This document shows positions 48,892 through 62,022 of a stretch of 64,000 nucleotides of DNA, one piece after another; position 1 is the first letter of the stretch, and each line of letters opens with the position of its first letter. The notes under the pieces are model-generated. The model saw nothing but the letters and a program-made list of their open reading frames with translations. It was not told where the DNA came from and did no database searches. The position numbers were made by a program, and so were the translations under genes. The DNA comes from Squalus acanthias (taxonomy: Eukaryota), in NCBI GenBank assembly GCA_030390025.1, contig CM059432.1:123196001-123260000 (forward strand), written 5' to 3'.

Positions 48892-51098
48892 TTAATAGTG
48901 GATCAGAAACAATAGTTTCATTCTGTAATACTATAAACGTCTTTTACAACTTGGAAACTGCAGCTGCTAAATGTTTAATTGAACTAAGTGATGCTCGTGA
49001 TAAGGTTTCACTTTCTCTGTGTTAAAAAGATGAAATTTTAACTAAATCTCACACAGAATAAATTCAAACAGCCACAGATGGTTCCAGAGGTTGCATTGAT
49101 TTTTTTCGCGAACTAATTAAGTAGCAGTTTCTGTCACACGCCATTGTGAAGTATTGTTTTGAGCCACAGAAGCCAGACTCCAAGGTGATGTGACAACCCA
49201 TTCTGAACAGGTGCAGGAGAAGAGCAATTATAGTAACAGATTGTAGGAGATTTATTGTGTCGACGGAGACTAAGATTCAATATGCAGGCTTTTGAAGTTT
49301 TAGCTTTTGTTTCATCCACAGATAGAGAATTCCTGCCCATTTATGATGGAAGGACATCAAACATTGTGTCAGGGATAAGCAGAGTTCTTTTTAAAAGCTT
49401 CTGTGGATGTGCAGGGCCACTTTCTTGAGAAAAAAGAAATGATAGATCCCACCAAAGCTGAAAAGATCTGAATTGAGTCGAATTCAGAGCATTGAAAATA
49501 AACTCAAATGTTATTGTTTGGATAATTTCTGACTTGATTTCTTTTGCTGTCATCCTTAATGGAAACTCACAGGTTGAGTCAGAAGACAGAGTACTGCACG
49601 GCTGATGAGCAATTATACCGCATAGCAAGTAGGATGTTGGCATGTTCGAAGATGCTTCGTTAAACAAAATTAATAGATATATGAAGTAGAAACATTGAAA
49701 TGACTACTTCGGTTATTGATCTTTGTTGCATTTCCAGATTTTCAACCATTTTTCCATTGAAAGGATTTGGCTATGATTCATATGGAAATGTTGTTTTTCT
49801 GTTTCGACAAAGGCTGCCAAGTGAGGCATGGAGAGGAGGCAAGCCTCTTTTAAGAAGAAAGCCTACTTGGGCTTAGATAGTTGGTCAGGTTTCAGGCAAA
49901 AAGACTGCCCAAGAAAAGTGAATGATTTTTTAGCTCACTAAAATATTCGGTTTGGTGTATTTTTATTACTTTTCTAATTTACAAGGCGGGACTGAAATTG
50001 AGTTGTACTAAGGTGAGATTTGCTGTGGAGATCAACTCATCTCATCAATATTATAGAGCTTTGGAGAGCTACTCCTCTGATCAATATTAAATGACCTTAG
50101 AGATCTACTTGCTGGATCAATATTAACCGACCCTGTAAGTGTGTTGAGATAATAAGTATTAAAGAACCATCCCAGCCTACTCAAATAATTAGTTTTAAAG
50201 GATTTGGAGGGGACGGTTTTATAATAATTATTATAGCATTATGGAACGGTTCTCTGGTATAGTTCCATTGACATTAGTAGCCCTTGAGTACCTTGTCTAA
50301 GTGGTCATTTTTCATATGTGAACCTTGACAGGGAGTGTTGGAAGGCTTTCTAACAAGTAGGACCAATCCTCTATGGCAATCCAAAGTGGGAACTCTGGCT
50401 AATGGGTTTACAGAATCTTCCTATATTGTGGAAACAGAACTTTGTGGGGGTAGATTTGTGCTGGAGTCTGCAGGGTATTGTTGGGTTCTGGGGATAATGC
50501 CTAATCTGAGGTAGCAGAACAGGTTGGAGTTTGTACTGTAACAATTTGTCAGTCAGTCCTAGAATGGTTATGATCTGGTTTGTAATGCTAGAAGCTAGTT
50601 TAATATGAAGGATCCTTTCTCATGCCTGGTTCAAAATCTGCTGTTTGTAAGCACCCCCGAAAGCTCCCTATTGTGGCAGAGTGGGGAGAGGGTTGACATA
50701 GTCAGGGGCATCTTCAGTGCCAAGCAGTCCTCCTTCCCAGCTGTCAGCGTCAAGTTATTATGGTGTGTTTTTTGGATCTCTGTTGACTTTTCCCAAGGGT
50801 CAGTGAAAGGTAGGTTCTACAAGGGTATTGGCAGGAAGGCTTGGACTTCCATGTTCAACCAGGAGTTTTCTGGAGAGTCCAACTTCGAGGCATCAATCTG
50901 TCAAGGGTTGATTTACCGCCTCCCTCACCATTGTTTTGGAGAGCTGGAGCTGCTTGAGGCATTGCCCTGTCCTTTTCCCACCGAAGGAATTTGGAAATGC
51001 TCCTCCCAAATTGCTGTACTGGACCCTATAACAGAAAGCACCCGAGACACATAGAATCCTTTTTACCTAAATGATGCGAAAGTCTAGATGGTACATAC

Positions 51099-51237
51099 CC
51101 GTGTTTTTTTCTCCATCTCCAGCATTAGTTGCTCATGCTGTTCAGCTATGGCCAGAGTTGCTGAATGCACCTTCTGGTAGATGTTCTCTCCTTCTCGTGT
51201 CTGAAATGTAAAGAGTCCCTCTCCTGTATCACACATT
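51099..51237 (-). CDS. DOK6: DOK6 internal coding exon (end of IRS-type PTB domain), 139 nt
   Basis: Translates (R)[46 protein letters not shown], recognised as near-identical to vertebrate DOK6. Acceptor tttacag|A, donor CGG|gtatgt (phase 0). Confidence 0.95.
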
Positions 51238-51472
51238 CTGTAAATGACAAATGCAACAGTTGTCATAGTTTGTATATTTGCACTTTCAGAAAACTCAGGT
51301 ACCACTGAACTGAAGTCAAGTAAAGTGAAGTATATTCTACTGAATTAATACTTAGTTCTGAATGTTGCAGACTTGTAGCAATTTGATGCCTGTTACCTCT
51401 TGATGCCTGTTACCTCTTGATGCCCTGTTTCGCACCTCAGCACTTGTGGTGAAAGGCTACATGGAAATAATT

Positions 51473-52164
51473 GGCCCAGAATTTGCGGGAGCGAGGCATC
51501 TCGCGGCGTGCCCCGTTTGTTAGATTTGTTTCTTCACCCTTCAGCTCGAGAAATGTGTGTGCCACAAATTGCAGGAAGTGTGAGCTGATAACGGCATGGT
51601 GAGGTCAACGGGGCATCTGGGATCTTGGTGAACGATGGGACCAACAGTCTATCTCCTTAACCAATGAGATTTAAGGATAGAGAAAGAAACAGAGGAACGG
51701 CCGAGAAAGAATTAGGGTGAATTAGAGTCAGAAATTAGACACAGAAAGAGAAATAAAGAGAGGGCAAGAAAGATTGGATTAAGAGAGAGAGAGAAAAAAA
51801 AGACAGAAAGGAAAAGTAAGAAAAAAAATTAATTTTAATAACCTCTAAGAACAATTTACCACTTGCAGGAATGAGACTCCACAGTTTCACTTGTTCCCTT
51901 TCTGGGCCAGAGAGGGTGGCATTGTAAGAGCATAAATCTCGACATTAAAAGGGTCCATACTTCATTCAGTACCAGCCCTAACTTTCTGCGGCAAGCTTAA
52001 TTCGCATTTGTTGAGCAAATGCAGCAATTTCTTGAAACTCACGAGGAAGTCGAGGGTGAGCTCCCGTTTTTGCGAGGCTAACGATGGAGCAGTTCAAATC
52101 ATCCAGCAATTTGTGGCAATTCACAACTCACGGGGTATCTCTTCCTCGCCACAAATTGCTGGGC
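51473..52164. mobile_element. Harbinger-type MITE family C, copy 2, with ATT TSD
   Basis: ATT|ggcccagaatttgcgg ... ccacaaattgctgggc|ATT. Confidence 0.8.
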
Positions 52165-53244
52165 ATTTTACACACTAATAAGAACGTGCGCATTATACAT
52201 GCCGTTATTTATCCCGCAGTCTTTTTTTAAAACTGAAGACCATACCCGCTTTTCTCCCTTCACTGATACCACCAGGGCTGCAAGTTTCCTCCACCTCCTT
52301 CTTCTGCTCTTGCAGTGCCCTCCCTCTGCCAGGAAGACACCTGCTATCTTCTTGCAACTTTCATACAGTAGCACTATTGAGGTCAAGAGCTCAGTGGAGT
52401 GGGTGTATGAGTATTCTTGGCTGCTCTGTGCCGAGGAGTTAGCTAGGGATGAGTTCTATGACAGGTAAGAACTTCCAACAAGATGATGCTTGAAAGTAGT
52501 TTGTTTGTTAAGAAACTAGTTTTGTAGATATTCATTTGCAGGGCCTTATATTTATTAATTTTACTAGAACAAATACCTAACATTGTAAGGTGAAGAGATT
52601 GCTTGCAACCTCGCTGTTCGGTACCAATGGTATTAATAACTTACTGTTGGCTGACTGAGCGTGATTCATGTGTTGCGTTTTCGAAACTTTACCAAATATT
52701 TGCAATGTCAGCAAAAACTGAAAAGACTAATTAAAAAGGCCTACAGTGGATCGGTAGACAGATCATAATGCGCTGGTGTTATTAATACACCTCCTCATTC
52801 CGAATCCACATCCACACCAGCAAAACGGATTGAAAGAACGGATGGAAAACCGGGAGCAACTTGCACCCGATTTTCCCATATGCGCTTCTGCCGCGCCGAT
52901 CATCGGGAAAAATATTTGGCAAACCTTTTAGGGAGTGGTGGGAGCTAAGAGAGTAGAGGCAACAGAGGCATTTGTTATTTTCATCATATTGATATCACAC
53001 ACAAGTGATCCAATGATGCAGTTCAATTCGATTTATGTCACTGCACTGTGTGTTTATAGTCAAAGGTTTGCCAGTTCATGATGCCAATGTCCCTTTAAAA
53101 AAGCCCAGCAGACTTAACAGCTTTGTTCTGTCATTTTACTGAGTGATAACTAAGTGCTAGCAGGTTGCCTCTGTGAATAATATCATAAAGATACCGTCAC
53201 TATAGTAACAGCTTAGGCCTAAGGGGTTCCGAGTATCACATTAT

Positions 53245-55033
53245 GGGCTGGATTTATCCAAACTCGGCGGGTCCGGGGCGGGCGACGTCCGTGCATCTGT
53301 CTCGATCCCGGCCTCCAAGATTTTCAGTTGATTGGGCTTCTTAAGCCCGCCCTGCGAGGTTCCCGGCCAATTAATAGGAAGCGGGTCTGATAACGTCATT
53401 TGATGACGCGTCATCAGCCGGTTTCCTTAAAGGGGCCATGTCCAAAATGATTTTGACAGTTCTGCTGTCAGTGTTCTACAGCATTGAGGTGCTGCAAACA
53501 CTGACAAGCACTGCACAAAGGTGCACGGCTGCACCCAGGCTCTCCCATGACTCCCTCTATATGCTTATGGAGGGAGTCACAGCACGCAGGGAGGTTCTCT
53601 TCACTTCCCATGGGCGGAAGAGACCTCCCCAGGAGACCAACGCATCCTGGTTGCACATTGCACAGGAGGACACAAGCAGGGATTTCATCAGGGGGACCAG
53701 GCTGCAGTGCCACAAATCTTTCAATGATCTCAGTAGATCACGAAACGTTACTGCAAAGCCACACTCAACCTCATCCTGCTGTGCCACTCATCACAACCCC
53801 ATCACTCTGCCTTCCCTATCCTACTCCTGCACATCCTTACTCACATCAACATACCTTGCACCTCCACCCATCCCTCTCTATCTACATTATTGCTTCCCTA
53901 TCTCACTAGCCACCCCTCGCACTCACCCTCATCCTAGTTCGATCATACCAACTAACAACACACAAGGGTAGGCACTTGGATGTTTTAGCCAATGTTCGTG
54001 TAAACCTTCTGCTAATGTGTTGTCAAGCATTGAAATCCTTATTATCACCACTTTGTCTTCTTGGACAGATTTGTGTGCACCTTTGAAAGTGTGTTAGTGA
54101 GTTGCAATGAATGGTGAGACATAACGTTCCCCCCGCCCCCCCCCCCGCCTCCCACCAATGGTGATGAGTGTGAAAGGAATGGCTTGGACATTGTAGGGAT
54201 GCTTTATGGTATTGGTGTGGGTTGGTGCCAACCTGGTGCATCATGTGGCAGCCAGGGTGTTCAGTGTTAAGTGAAGCAAATCTGGACCTGGTGAGGCCAT
54301 TGCTGGCGTCCCGGGCAGCAATGTGCACGGGTGATGATACCCGGTGTCCAGTGCAGCATCAGTTGATTGCGGAGAAGGTTGGTGTGGATGTTTGTGCTGC
54401 TGGTGTACTCGGTGATGCAGGTGTTGGGGCTGATCGTGTTGGGATTCTGAGGACCAAGGTGAGATTTTTTCAAGGGCACTGATGCTGATGGAATAAATGG
54501 CAGGTGAGGTTGAGATGACAGAAGTGATCTGTCCATGTTGAGATAGGTTGTTCCAAGGAGGTGACAGTGGATAGAGAGATTACTCCAAACACTTCAAAAG
54601 TGCATAAAGTTCAAAAGTGGGTTCCAAATCATTAATGCTCCAGCTTCTAAGATTGGGAAGTGAACAGCTGTGAAATGGTTGGCTTTATACCACTTTTGCA
54701 GCTTTCACCTATTCACAGCAATCCACAGTCATTGAGAACCCGACATACTTACCTGAGCTGATAGCCGCTCTCCGGGAACCTCGTTGAAAACCTGGTGAAA
54801 TGGTAAGTACATGGGAAAATGGTTCTTAACTACCTTTTAATAAGCTTTTAACTATTAAAATTGGCTGACCCGCCACTTGGTGTCGGGTCTGTTCAGGGAT
54901 GACAGACCTGACACTTGGGAAACTGACAAGGAGGCGGGTTTACAGCGGGATACCGACCCGCTGTCAATCTTTGTGATTTTAACAGCAGACCCGCCTCCAA
55001 AACTGCACTCTGAGCACCGGCAAAATTCAGCCC
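53245..55033 (+). mobile_element. Non-autonomous PIF/Harbinger element (about 1.8 kb), copy 2
   Basis: TIR gggctggattt/aaattcagccc; Myb/SANT-like ORF 53438-53971; convergent transposase-like end AARDASNGLTRSRF on minus. Confidence 0.85.
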
Positions 55034-55459
55034 CAGGAGTGTCCCAAGTCCCTGGCACAATGACAGTTTTTTAATATCGCAGCATCACAAGGCAAATATT
55101 TTAATGTAAAATAATAATTATGCTTATTTATTTGATATACAAATATAGCTGCAGGCAAAATAATCATGTTTAAATGTAGATGATTTATTTTAAAAATCCA
55201 ACCTAAAGGAGAAGGTTATGGGTTAACATTATCTCAGAACAGCTTTATAAAAAATTTACTCTTCAAAATAATCTGACTAACAGGATTGACATTTTTTGGT
55301 CTCTCCTGACTATTTGAGATCAGATCATTGTAACTGCATTACACAGCCGGCAAGTGACCTAGATACGTACTGCAAGGAATGGGCCAGGCATATATCTATG
55401 AGGAGAGGGTCCATGAGACTACCAGGAATGAGGCCTGAGGCAGTTACAAAGGTTTTAAC

Positions 55460-57487
55460 TGTGAGGCGCTGTGGGCCATCAGCAGCAGCAGAATTGTATT
55501 CCACCACAATCTGTAACCTCATGGCCCGGCATGTCCCTCACTCTACCATTACCATCAAGCCAGGGGACCAACCCTGGTTCAATAAGGAGAGTAGAAGAGC
55601 ATGCCAGGAGCAGCACCAGGCGTACTGGGGAAGCTGCAACACAGGACTACATGCATGCTAAACAGCGGAAGCAGCATGCTATTGACAGGGCTAAGTGATC
55701 CCACAATCAACGGATCAGATCAAAGCTCTGCAGTCCTGCCACATCCAGTCGTGAATGGTGGTGGACAATTAAACAACTAACGGGAGGAGGAGGCTCCATG
55801 AATATCCCCATCCTCAATGATGGTGGAGCCCAGCACGTGAGTGCAAAGACAAAGCTGAAGCGTTTGCAACCATCTTCAGCCAGAAGTGCCGAGTGGATGA
55901 TCCATATCGGCCTCCTCCTGAGGTCCCCACCACCACAGAAGCCAGTCTTCAGCCAATTCGATTCACTCCACGTGATACCAAGAAATGGCTGAGCGCACTG
56001 GATACAGCAAAAGCTATGGGCTCCGACAACATCCCGGCTGTTGTGCTGAAGACTTATGCTCCAGAACTAGCCGCGCCTCTAGCCAAGCTATTCCAATACA
56101 GCTACAACACTAGCATCTATCCGACAATGTGGAAAACTGCCCAGGTATGTCCTGTCCACAAAAAGCAGGACAAATCCAATCCGGCCAACTACCGTCCCAT
56201 CAGTCTACTCTCAATCATCAGCAAAGTGATGGAAGGTGTCATCGACAGTGCTATCAAGCTGCACTTACTCACAAATAACCTGCTCACTGATGCCCAGTTT
56301 GGGTTCCGCCAAGACCACTCGGCTCCAGACCTCATTACAGCCTTGGTCCAAACATGGACAAAGGAGTTGAATTCCAGAGGTGAGGTGAGAGTGACTGCCC
56401 TTGACATCAAGGCAGCATTTGACCGAGTGTGGCATCAAGGTGCCCTAGTAAAACTGAAATCAATAGGAATCAGGGGGAAAACTCTCCACTGGCCCAGGAC
56501 ATCACTGCAGGAGTTCCTCAGGGCAGTGTCCTAGGCCCAACCATCTTCAGCTGCTTCATAATAAGGTCAGAAATGGGGATGTTCGCCGATGACTGCATAG
56601 TGTTCAGCACCATTCGCAACTCCTCAGATAATGAAGCAGTCCATGCCCGCATGCAACAAGACCTGAACGACATTCAGGCTTGGGCTGGTAAGTGGCAGGT
56701 AACATTCGCGCCACAGAAGAGCCAGGCAGTGACTATCTCCAACAAGTGAGAGTCTAACCACCGCCCCTTAACATTCAACGAAAGTACCATCGCCAAATCC
56801 CCCACCATCAACATTCTGGGGGTCACCATTGACCAGAAACTTAACTGGACCAGCTACATAAATACTGTGCCAACAAGAGCAGGTCAGAGGCTAGGTATTC
56901 TGCTGTGAGTGTCTCACCTCCTGACTCCCCAAATCCTTTCCACCATCTAAAAGGCACAAGTAAGGAGTGTGATGGAATACTCTCCACTTGCCTGGATGAG
57001 TGCAGCTCCAACAACACTCAAGAAGCTCGACATCATCCAGGACAAAGCAGCCCGCTTGATTGGTACGCAATCCACCACCTTAAACATTCACCTTCTCCAC
57101 CACCAATGTAACGTGGTTGCAGTGTGTACCATCTACAAGATGCACTGCAGCAACTTGCCAAGGCTTCTTCAGTAGCACCTCCGAAACCAGCGACCTCTAC
57201 CACCTAGAAGGACAAGGGCAGCAGGCGCATGGGAACTCCACCACCTCCAAGTTCCCCTCCAAGTCACACAGCATCCTGACTTGGAAGTATATCGCCGATC
57301 CTTCATCGTCGCTGTGTCAAAATCCTGGAACTCCCTCCCTAACAGCACTGTGGGAGTACCATCAACACATGGACTGCAGCGGTTCAAGAAGGCGGCTCAC
57401 CACCACCTTCTCAAAGGCAATTAGGGATGGGCAATAAATGCTGGCCTTTGCAGCAACGGCCAGATCCCATGAACGAATAAAAAAAAA
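55460..57487 (+). mobile_element. CR1-like LINE, 5'-truncated with internal deletion
   Basis: PANYRPISLLSIISKVME, QFGFRQDHS, ALDIKAAFDRVWH, GVPQGSVLGP, MFADD; 3' end gaacgaataaaaaaaa. Confidence 0.95.
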
Positions 57488-57599
57488 CTGAGCATTAGTA
57501 ATACACTGTCATTTTCCTCACATTTATTTTAATGAACACTGTTTATTTTTGTGCAAAAATATGCACTAACTTGCCAAAATAAAGAGCATTTATTGGACA

Positions 57600-58635
57600 G
57601 AGTAAAGGGTCAGTGTCAATGTGGATACAAAATTGGGTGAGAGACAGAAAGCAGTGGTCAACAGCTGTTTATCTGACTGGAGGGAAGTAAACAGTGGTGT
57701 CCCCCAGGGGTCAGTGTTAGGACCACTGGTCTTTTGATATATATTAATGACCTGGACTTGGGTACACAGGGCATAATTTCAGATGACACAAAACATGGAA
57801 ATATAGTTAATATGAGGAGGATAGGAACAGACTTCAGGAGGACATTGGTGAAACAGGCAGACATATGGCAGATGAAATTTAATGCAGAAAAATGTGAAGT
57901 GATTCATTTTGGTAGGAAAAATGAAGAGAGGCAATATAAACTAAATGACACAATTTTAAAGGGGGTGCAGGAACAGAGAGACCTGGGAGTACACACGCAC
58001 ACATCTTTGAAGATGGCGGGACAAGTTGATGAGGCTGTTAAAAAAAAATATGGGATCCTTGGCACTATAAACAAAATACAAAGGTAAGGAAGTTATGCTA
58101 ACCCTTTATAAATCACTGTTTAGGCCTCAGCTCAAGTAATTTGTCCAATTCTGGGCAGCACACTTTTGGAAGGATGTCAAGGCCTTGAAGGGGATTTACC
58201 AGAATGCTACCAGGGATGAGAGACTTGAGTTACGTGGAGAGACTAGAGAAACTCGGATTGTTCTCCTCAGAGCGGAGACGGTTAAGAGGAGATTTGATAG
58301 AGGTGTTCAAAATTATGAGGTGTTTTTTTATAGAGTAAATAAGGAGAAACTGTTTCCACTGGCAGGAAGGTCTGTAACCAGAGGACACAGATTGAAGATA
58401 ATTGGCAAAAGAGCTAGAGGGTAGATGAGGAGACATATTTTTATGCAGCATGTTATTGTGATCTGGAATGCACCACCTGAAAGGGTGGGAGAAGCAGATT
58501 CAATAATAATTTTCAAAAGAGAATTGGATAAATACTTGGAAGGGGAAAAAGTGCAGGGCTATGGGGAAAGAACAGGGGACTGATTGGATAGCTCTTTCAA
58601 AGCGCGGGCACAGGCACGATGGGCTAAATGATTCT
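57600..58635 (+). mobile_element. CR1 LINE, decayed
   Basis: GVPQGSVLGP, YINDLD, WQMKFNAEKCEVIHFG, KLFPLAGRSVTRGHRLK. Confidence 0.9.
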
Positions 58636-58679
58636 AAAATTAAATGAGGAAATCTTTCACACATGTCACTGAGTACAAA

Positions 58680-59282
58680 ATGGGAAATACCTGTCCGATC
58701 CCAGCATTGAGAGGCCCGGACCATCATAGCATACGACCGGTGGGCTGCAAGCGTTGATCGGGCCCTCCGAGGCAGTTCACCGATCGGGGAGGGCAGGAAA
58801 TTGGCCGGGTCCTATGCTGATCCAGCAAACAGTGCGGATCAGGGGCGGGGGGAGGACATCCTGGGATCAGCAGCAGGTTGGATTATTTTTTGTGGGGCCA
58901 AGAGGAGAACACCTGCTCCTCCCGGTCCCACAACGATGAAAGAATAAAAAAAGTGTCTGTTTAAGGAATGGCCTGCAACGGCCCCTTTAAGGTTCGCTGG
59001 TTGGACCGCTTCACAGCAGGGGGTCAAGAGGCGGGGTGGGTGTGGTGCACATCTCATCCATTGGTGCACAAAAACCATGTAGGGCCTCGACTGAAATATT
59101 TAAAGAAGGTTCCTGCCTGAAACAGGCGGGAGGCCTGGCCAGCATTTTGAGGCCTGTTTGAAAATCGAGTCTGGTGGGCCTTGGGCAGCCGGAGGGGGAA
59201 GGATTTTTTTCTGAATTTTTAGTTACCTACTGCCCCATATTCCAGTGGCAATGGGGTGGTAGGCATCTGAAAAACAGCCCCT
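58680..59282. mobile_element. MITE-like element
   Basis: GC-rich block with the shared tgtgggg..gaggag/ctcctc..cccaca hairpin; ends gaaaaacagcccc. Confidence 0.45.
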
Positions 59283-59548
59283 ATGTGTTACAAATGACTG
59301 TTTCTTAGAGACCGTCAATGCTTTAAGGCCCAGAAATGTAGAGTAACTGTCATTGCTTCCATGTTATGCTTTTGGCCATGCATGAGGATTTCTACATAAT
59401 AGATGAACACATTTCTGACTCGTATTCATATTTCATTAATTTTTCTGCTCATTTTGGCCCAGAATAAATGATGGTAGGGACTACTTCCCTGCATTATGTA
59501 AGACAGTGATATTCTTCTAAATTAGGAGCAAGGGGAAATGAATTCATT

Positions 59549-59972
59549 AGAGCCAATTTTAACTCGGCTGGCTGGGTGGAAGCAGGGAAATACTGGGCCT
59601 AAAATTGCATTGCTGCACTTACCGCCCCATCCCCGCACCAACCCCGCCCCCCACCATTTTGCTCAAGGCCTTTACAAGGGTCGCCCAGGCGGGATGAATC
59701 AGACGGGAGCCTCATTACTGTATTGGGGTTGTGTGACGTGCATAGGACTAAGATGCAATTTCAAGGGATAATTGGGCCGATCGTGCACCGTTCAAGCAAC
59801 GCCAATTTGTAGAGGGCGGTGAAGCCGCAGCAGGAGGCCCAGTCAAAGCGGGCAGCTCACTGGCATCGGGGTAATGAGGCCCGAGTGTTGAAATGGCTCA
59901 GGCCTTCCGCCAGCAGGAACAGGGAGGGCTATCTGCCGGCTGCTTGCCCGTTACATGCCTGCAGTCTACCCC
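59549..59972. mobile_element. MITE-like family D, copy 1
   Basis: First about 150 bp match 63138-63290 (attttaactc.gc..., ctttacaag.gt.gcccaggc); both end tctacccc. Confidence 0.55.
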
Positions 59973-59989
59973 ATTGTGTTTATAGTAAT

Positions 59990-60524
59990 GGGCTGGAAAT
60001 TGAGGTCGGAGGCTTCCCGCCGGCGAATGCCTCTGAACCGCAACTAAACTCCGCACCTTCTCACTCCCTCCGGAGCTTCGGACTCTTGCACTCCTGGGCC
60101 TCTATGTGTACGCCTGCGTAAAGGCCCACATATCCCAGGGGCGCAGGCGGTTCGCAAGCGTCCCTGGGATCACGTGGGCCGGCCCAACCAATCACAAAGG
60201 GGAATTCCCATTATGCTTATGGAGGTTCCATTTATGTACGGAATTCCCCATAAACCTCATAGGAATCCCCTAAAAAACACACTTTCACTGCACTTAAATA
60301 AAAAAAAATCATCACATTTTCAAAACTTACCAGGCGTAAGGATTTCGTGGGCATTCGCTGGGCAGTCCAACTCTGCACCAGCGAATGTCCATTTCCTGCG
60401 GATTGGTACCATCAGTCGAGCTGAAACTTGACAGATCGCAAGTTCCGGGTTTTCGGAACTTGTGGGGCACTTACGGCCGCGTACGCTATGCGTACGAGCT
60501 CAGAGGCCCCAGAAAATCCGGGCC
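59990..60524. mobile_element. Harbinger-type MITE family B, internally deleted copy
   Basis: gggctggaaatt...aaaatccgggcc; collinear with 30929-31676 but lacks most of the AT-rich core. Confidence 0.8.
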
Positions 60525-61104
60525 ATGGCCTCCCTTCAAACAAGGTTGACATAGTTGGTATTTTAAGTTGCAATTATCCCCACAATGGGTGTAAAACCAG
60601 TAAAATTACTTCTGAATACAATGGGGATTTGCTTTTTCACTTAGCTACTGAATGTGTTATCAGATGTGTTTAGATCATCTTCCCCTTATTAATGAAGATG
60701 ACAGTAAGTGGAAGATTAAAAAAAAAATCTGCAACAGGAATGTCTGGTAGAGCATAGAGAGGAGCAGAAAATTGGACATTATACATAAAATTCACTTGAA
60801 AGAATTAATAAAGTATTCAAAATGCATGTCAATAAAGTATGAATATTACATTGTTTTTAACAAATGTATTTTCAGCAAATCTAATTCTTTTCCGTGACTC
60901 ACAGATGTGAATCCCTCTTCTAATCTCTTTTCTCACTGCATTTACTAAACAATCAAATCTTCATGCTTTGATGAGCCAATCAGGTATCAGTCTGACATTC
61001 ATTTTGTCCATGTGACTCTTTTTAGTGTCATTCTTTCAAGTATGCTGTGCATTTCCTCCCATTAAAGAAGCAAACCAGATGCAAGATGCATTAGTTCATT
61101 ATAA

Positions 61105-62022
61105 GAACATCAGAAATAGAAGCAGGAGTAAGCCATTTGGCCATTCAATGAGATCATGGCTGATCTTCTACCTCATCTCCACTTTCCTGCACTATCCCCA
61201 TATCCCTTGATTCCCTTAATATCCAAAAGTCTATCGATCTCTGTCTTGAATATACTCAATGACTGAGCCTCCACAGTCCTCTGGGGTAGAGAATTCCAAA
61301 GATTCACCACCCTCTGAGTGAAGAAATTTCTCCTCATCTCAGTCCTAAATGGCCGACCCCTTATTCTGAGACTGTGACCTCTGGTTCTAGACTCCCCAGC
61401 CAGGGGAAACATTCTCCCTGCATCTACCCTGTCAAGCCCTGTAAGAATTTTGTATGTTTCAATGAGATCACCTCTCATTTTTCTAAACTCTAGAGAATAT
61501 AGGCCTAGTCTACTCAATCTCTCCTCATAGGACAATCCCCCCATCCCAGGAATCAGTCTGGTGAACCTTCGTTGCACTCCCTCTATGGCAAATATATCCT
61601 TCCTTAGGTAAGGAGACCAAAACTGTACACCATACTCCAGGTGTGGTCTCACCAGGACCCTATATAATTGCAGTATGATGTTTTTACTCTTATACTCAAA
61701 TCCTCTTGTAATAAAGGCCAACATACCATTTGCTTTCCTAATTGCTTGCTGTACCTGCATGTTAACTTTCAGTGATTTGTGTACAAGGACACCCAGGTCC
61801 CTCTGAACACCAACATTTCCCAATCTCTCACCATTTAAAAAATACTCTGCTTTTTTATTTTTCCTACCAAAGTGGATAACTTCACATTTCTCCACATCAT
61901 ATTCCATTTGCCATGTTCTTGCCCACTCACTTAGCCTGTCTATATCCCCTTGAAGCCTCCTTGCATCCTCCTCACAACTTACATTCCCATCCAGCTTTGT
62001 ATTATCAGCAAACTTGGATAAT
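61105..62022 (-). mobile_element. CR1 LINE 3' part with open 244-aa RT C-terminus
   Basis: ORF 61173-61907: KCEVIHFG, LVRPHLEYGVQFWSP, RGHSLRIRG. Confidence 0.95.

Noticed and set aside
49100..51050. ORFs 49341-49667 and 50605-51054 as genes
   Set aside because: No recognisable domain or splice context; possibly very old LINE debris.
51084..51305. 73-aa ORF as a complete gene
   Set aside because: Only 51099-51237 is exonic; the flanks are intron read-through.
51383..51428. 17-bp tandem duplication ttgatgcctgttacctc
   Set aside because: Ordinary slippage duplication with no evident function.
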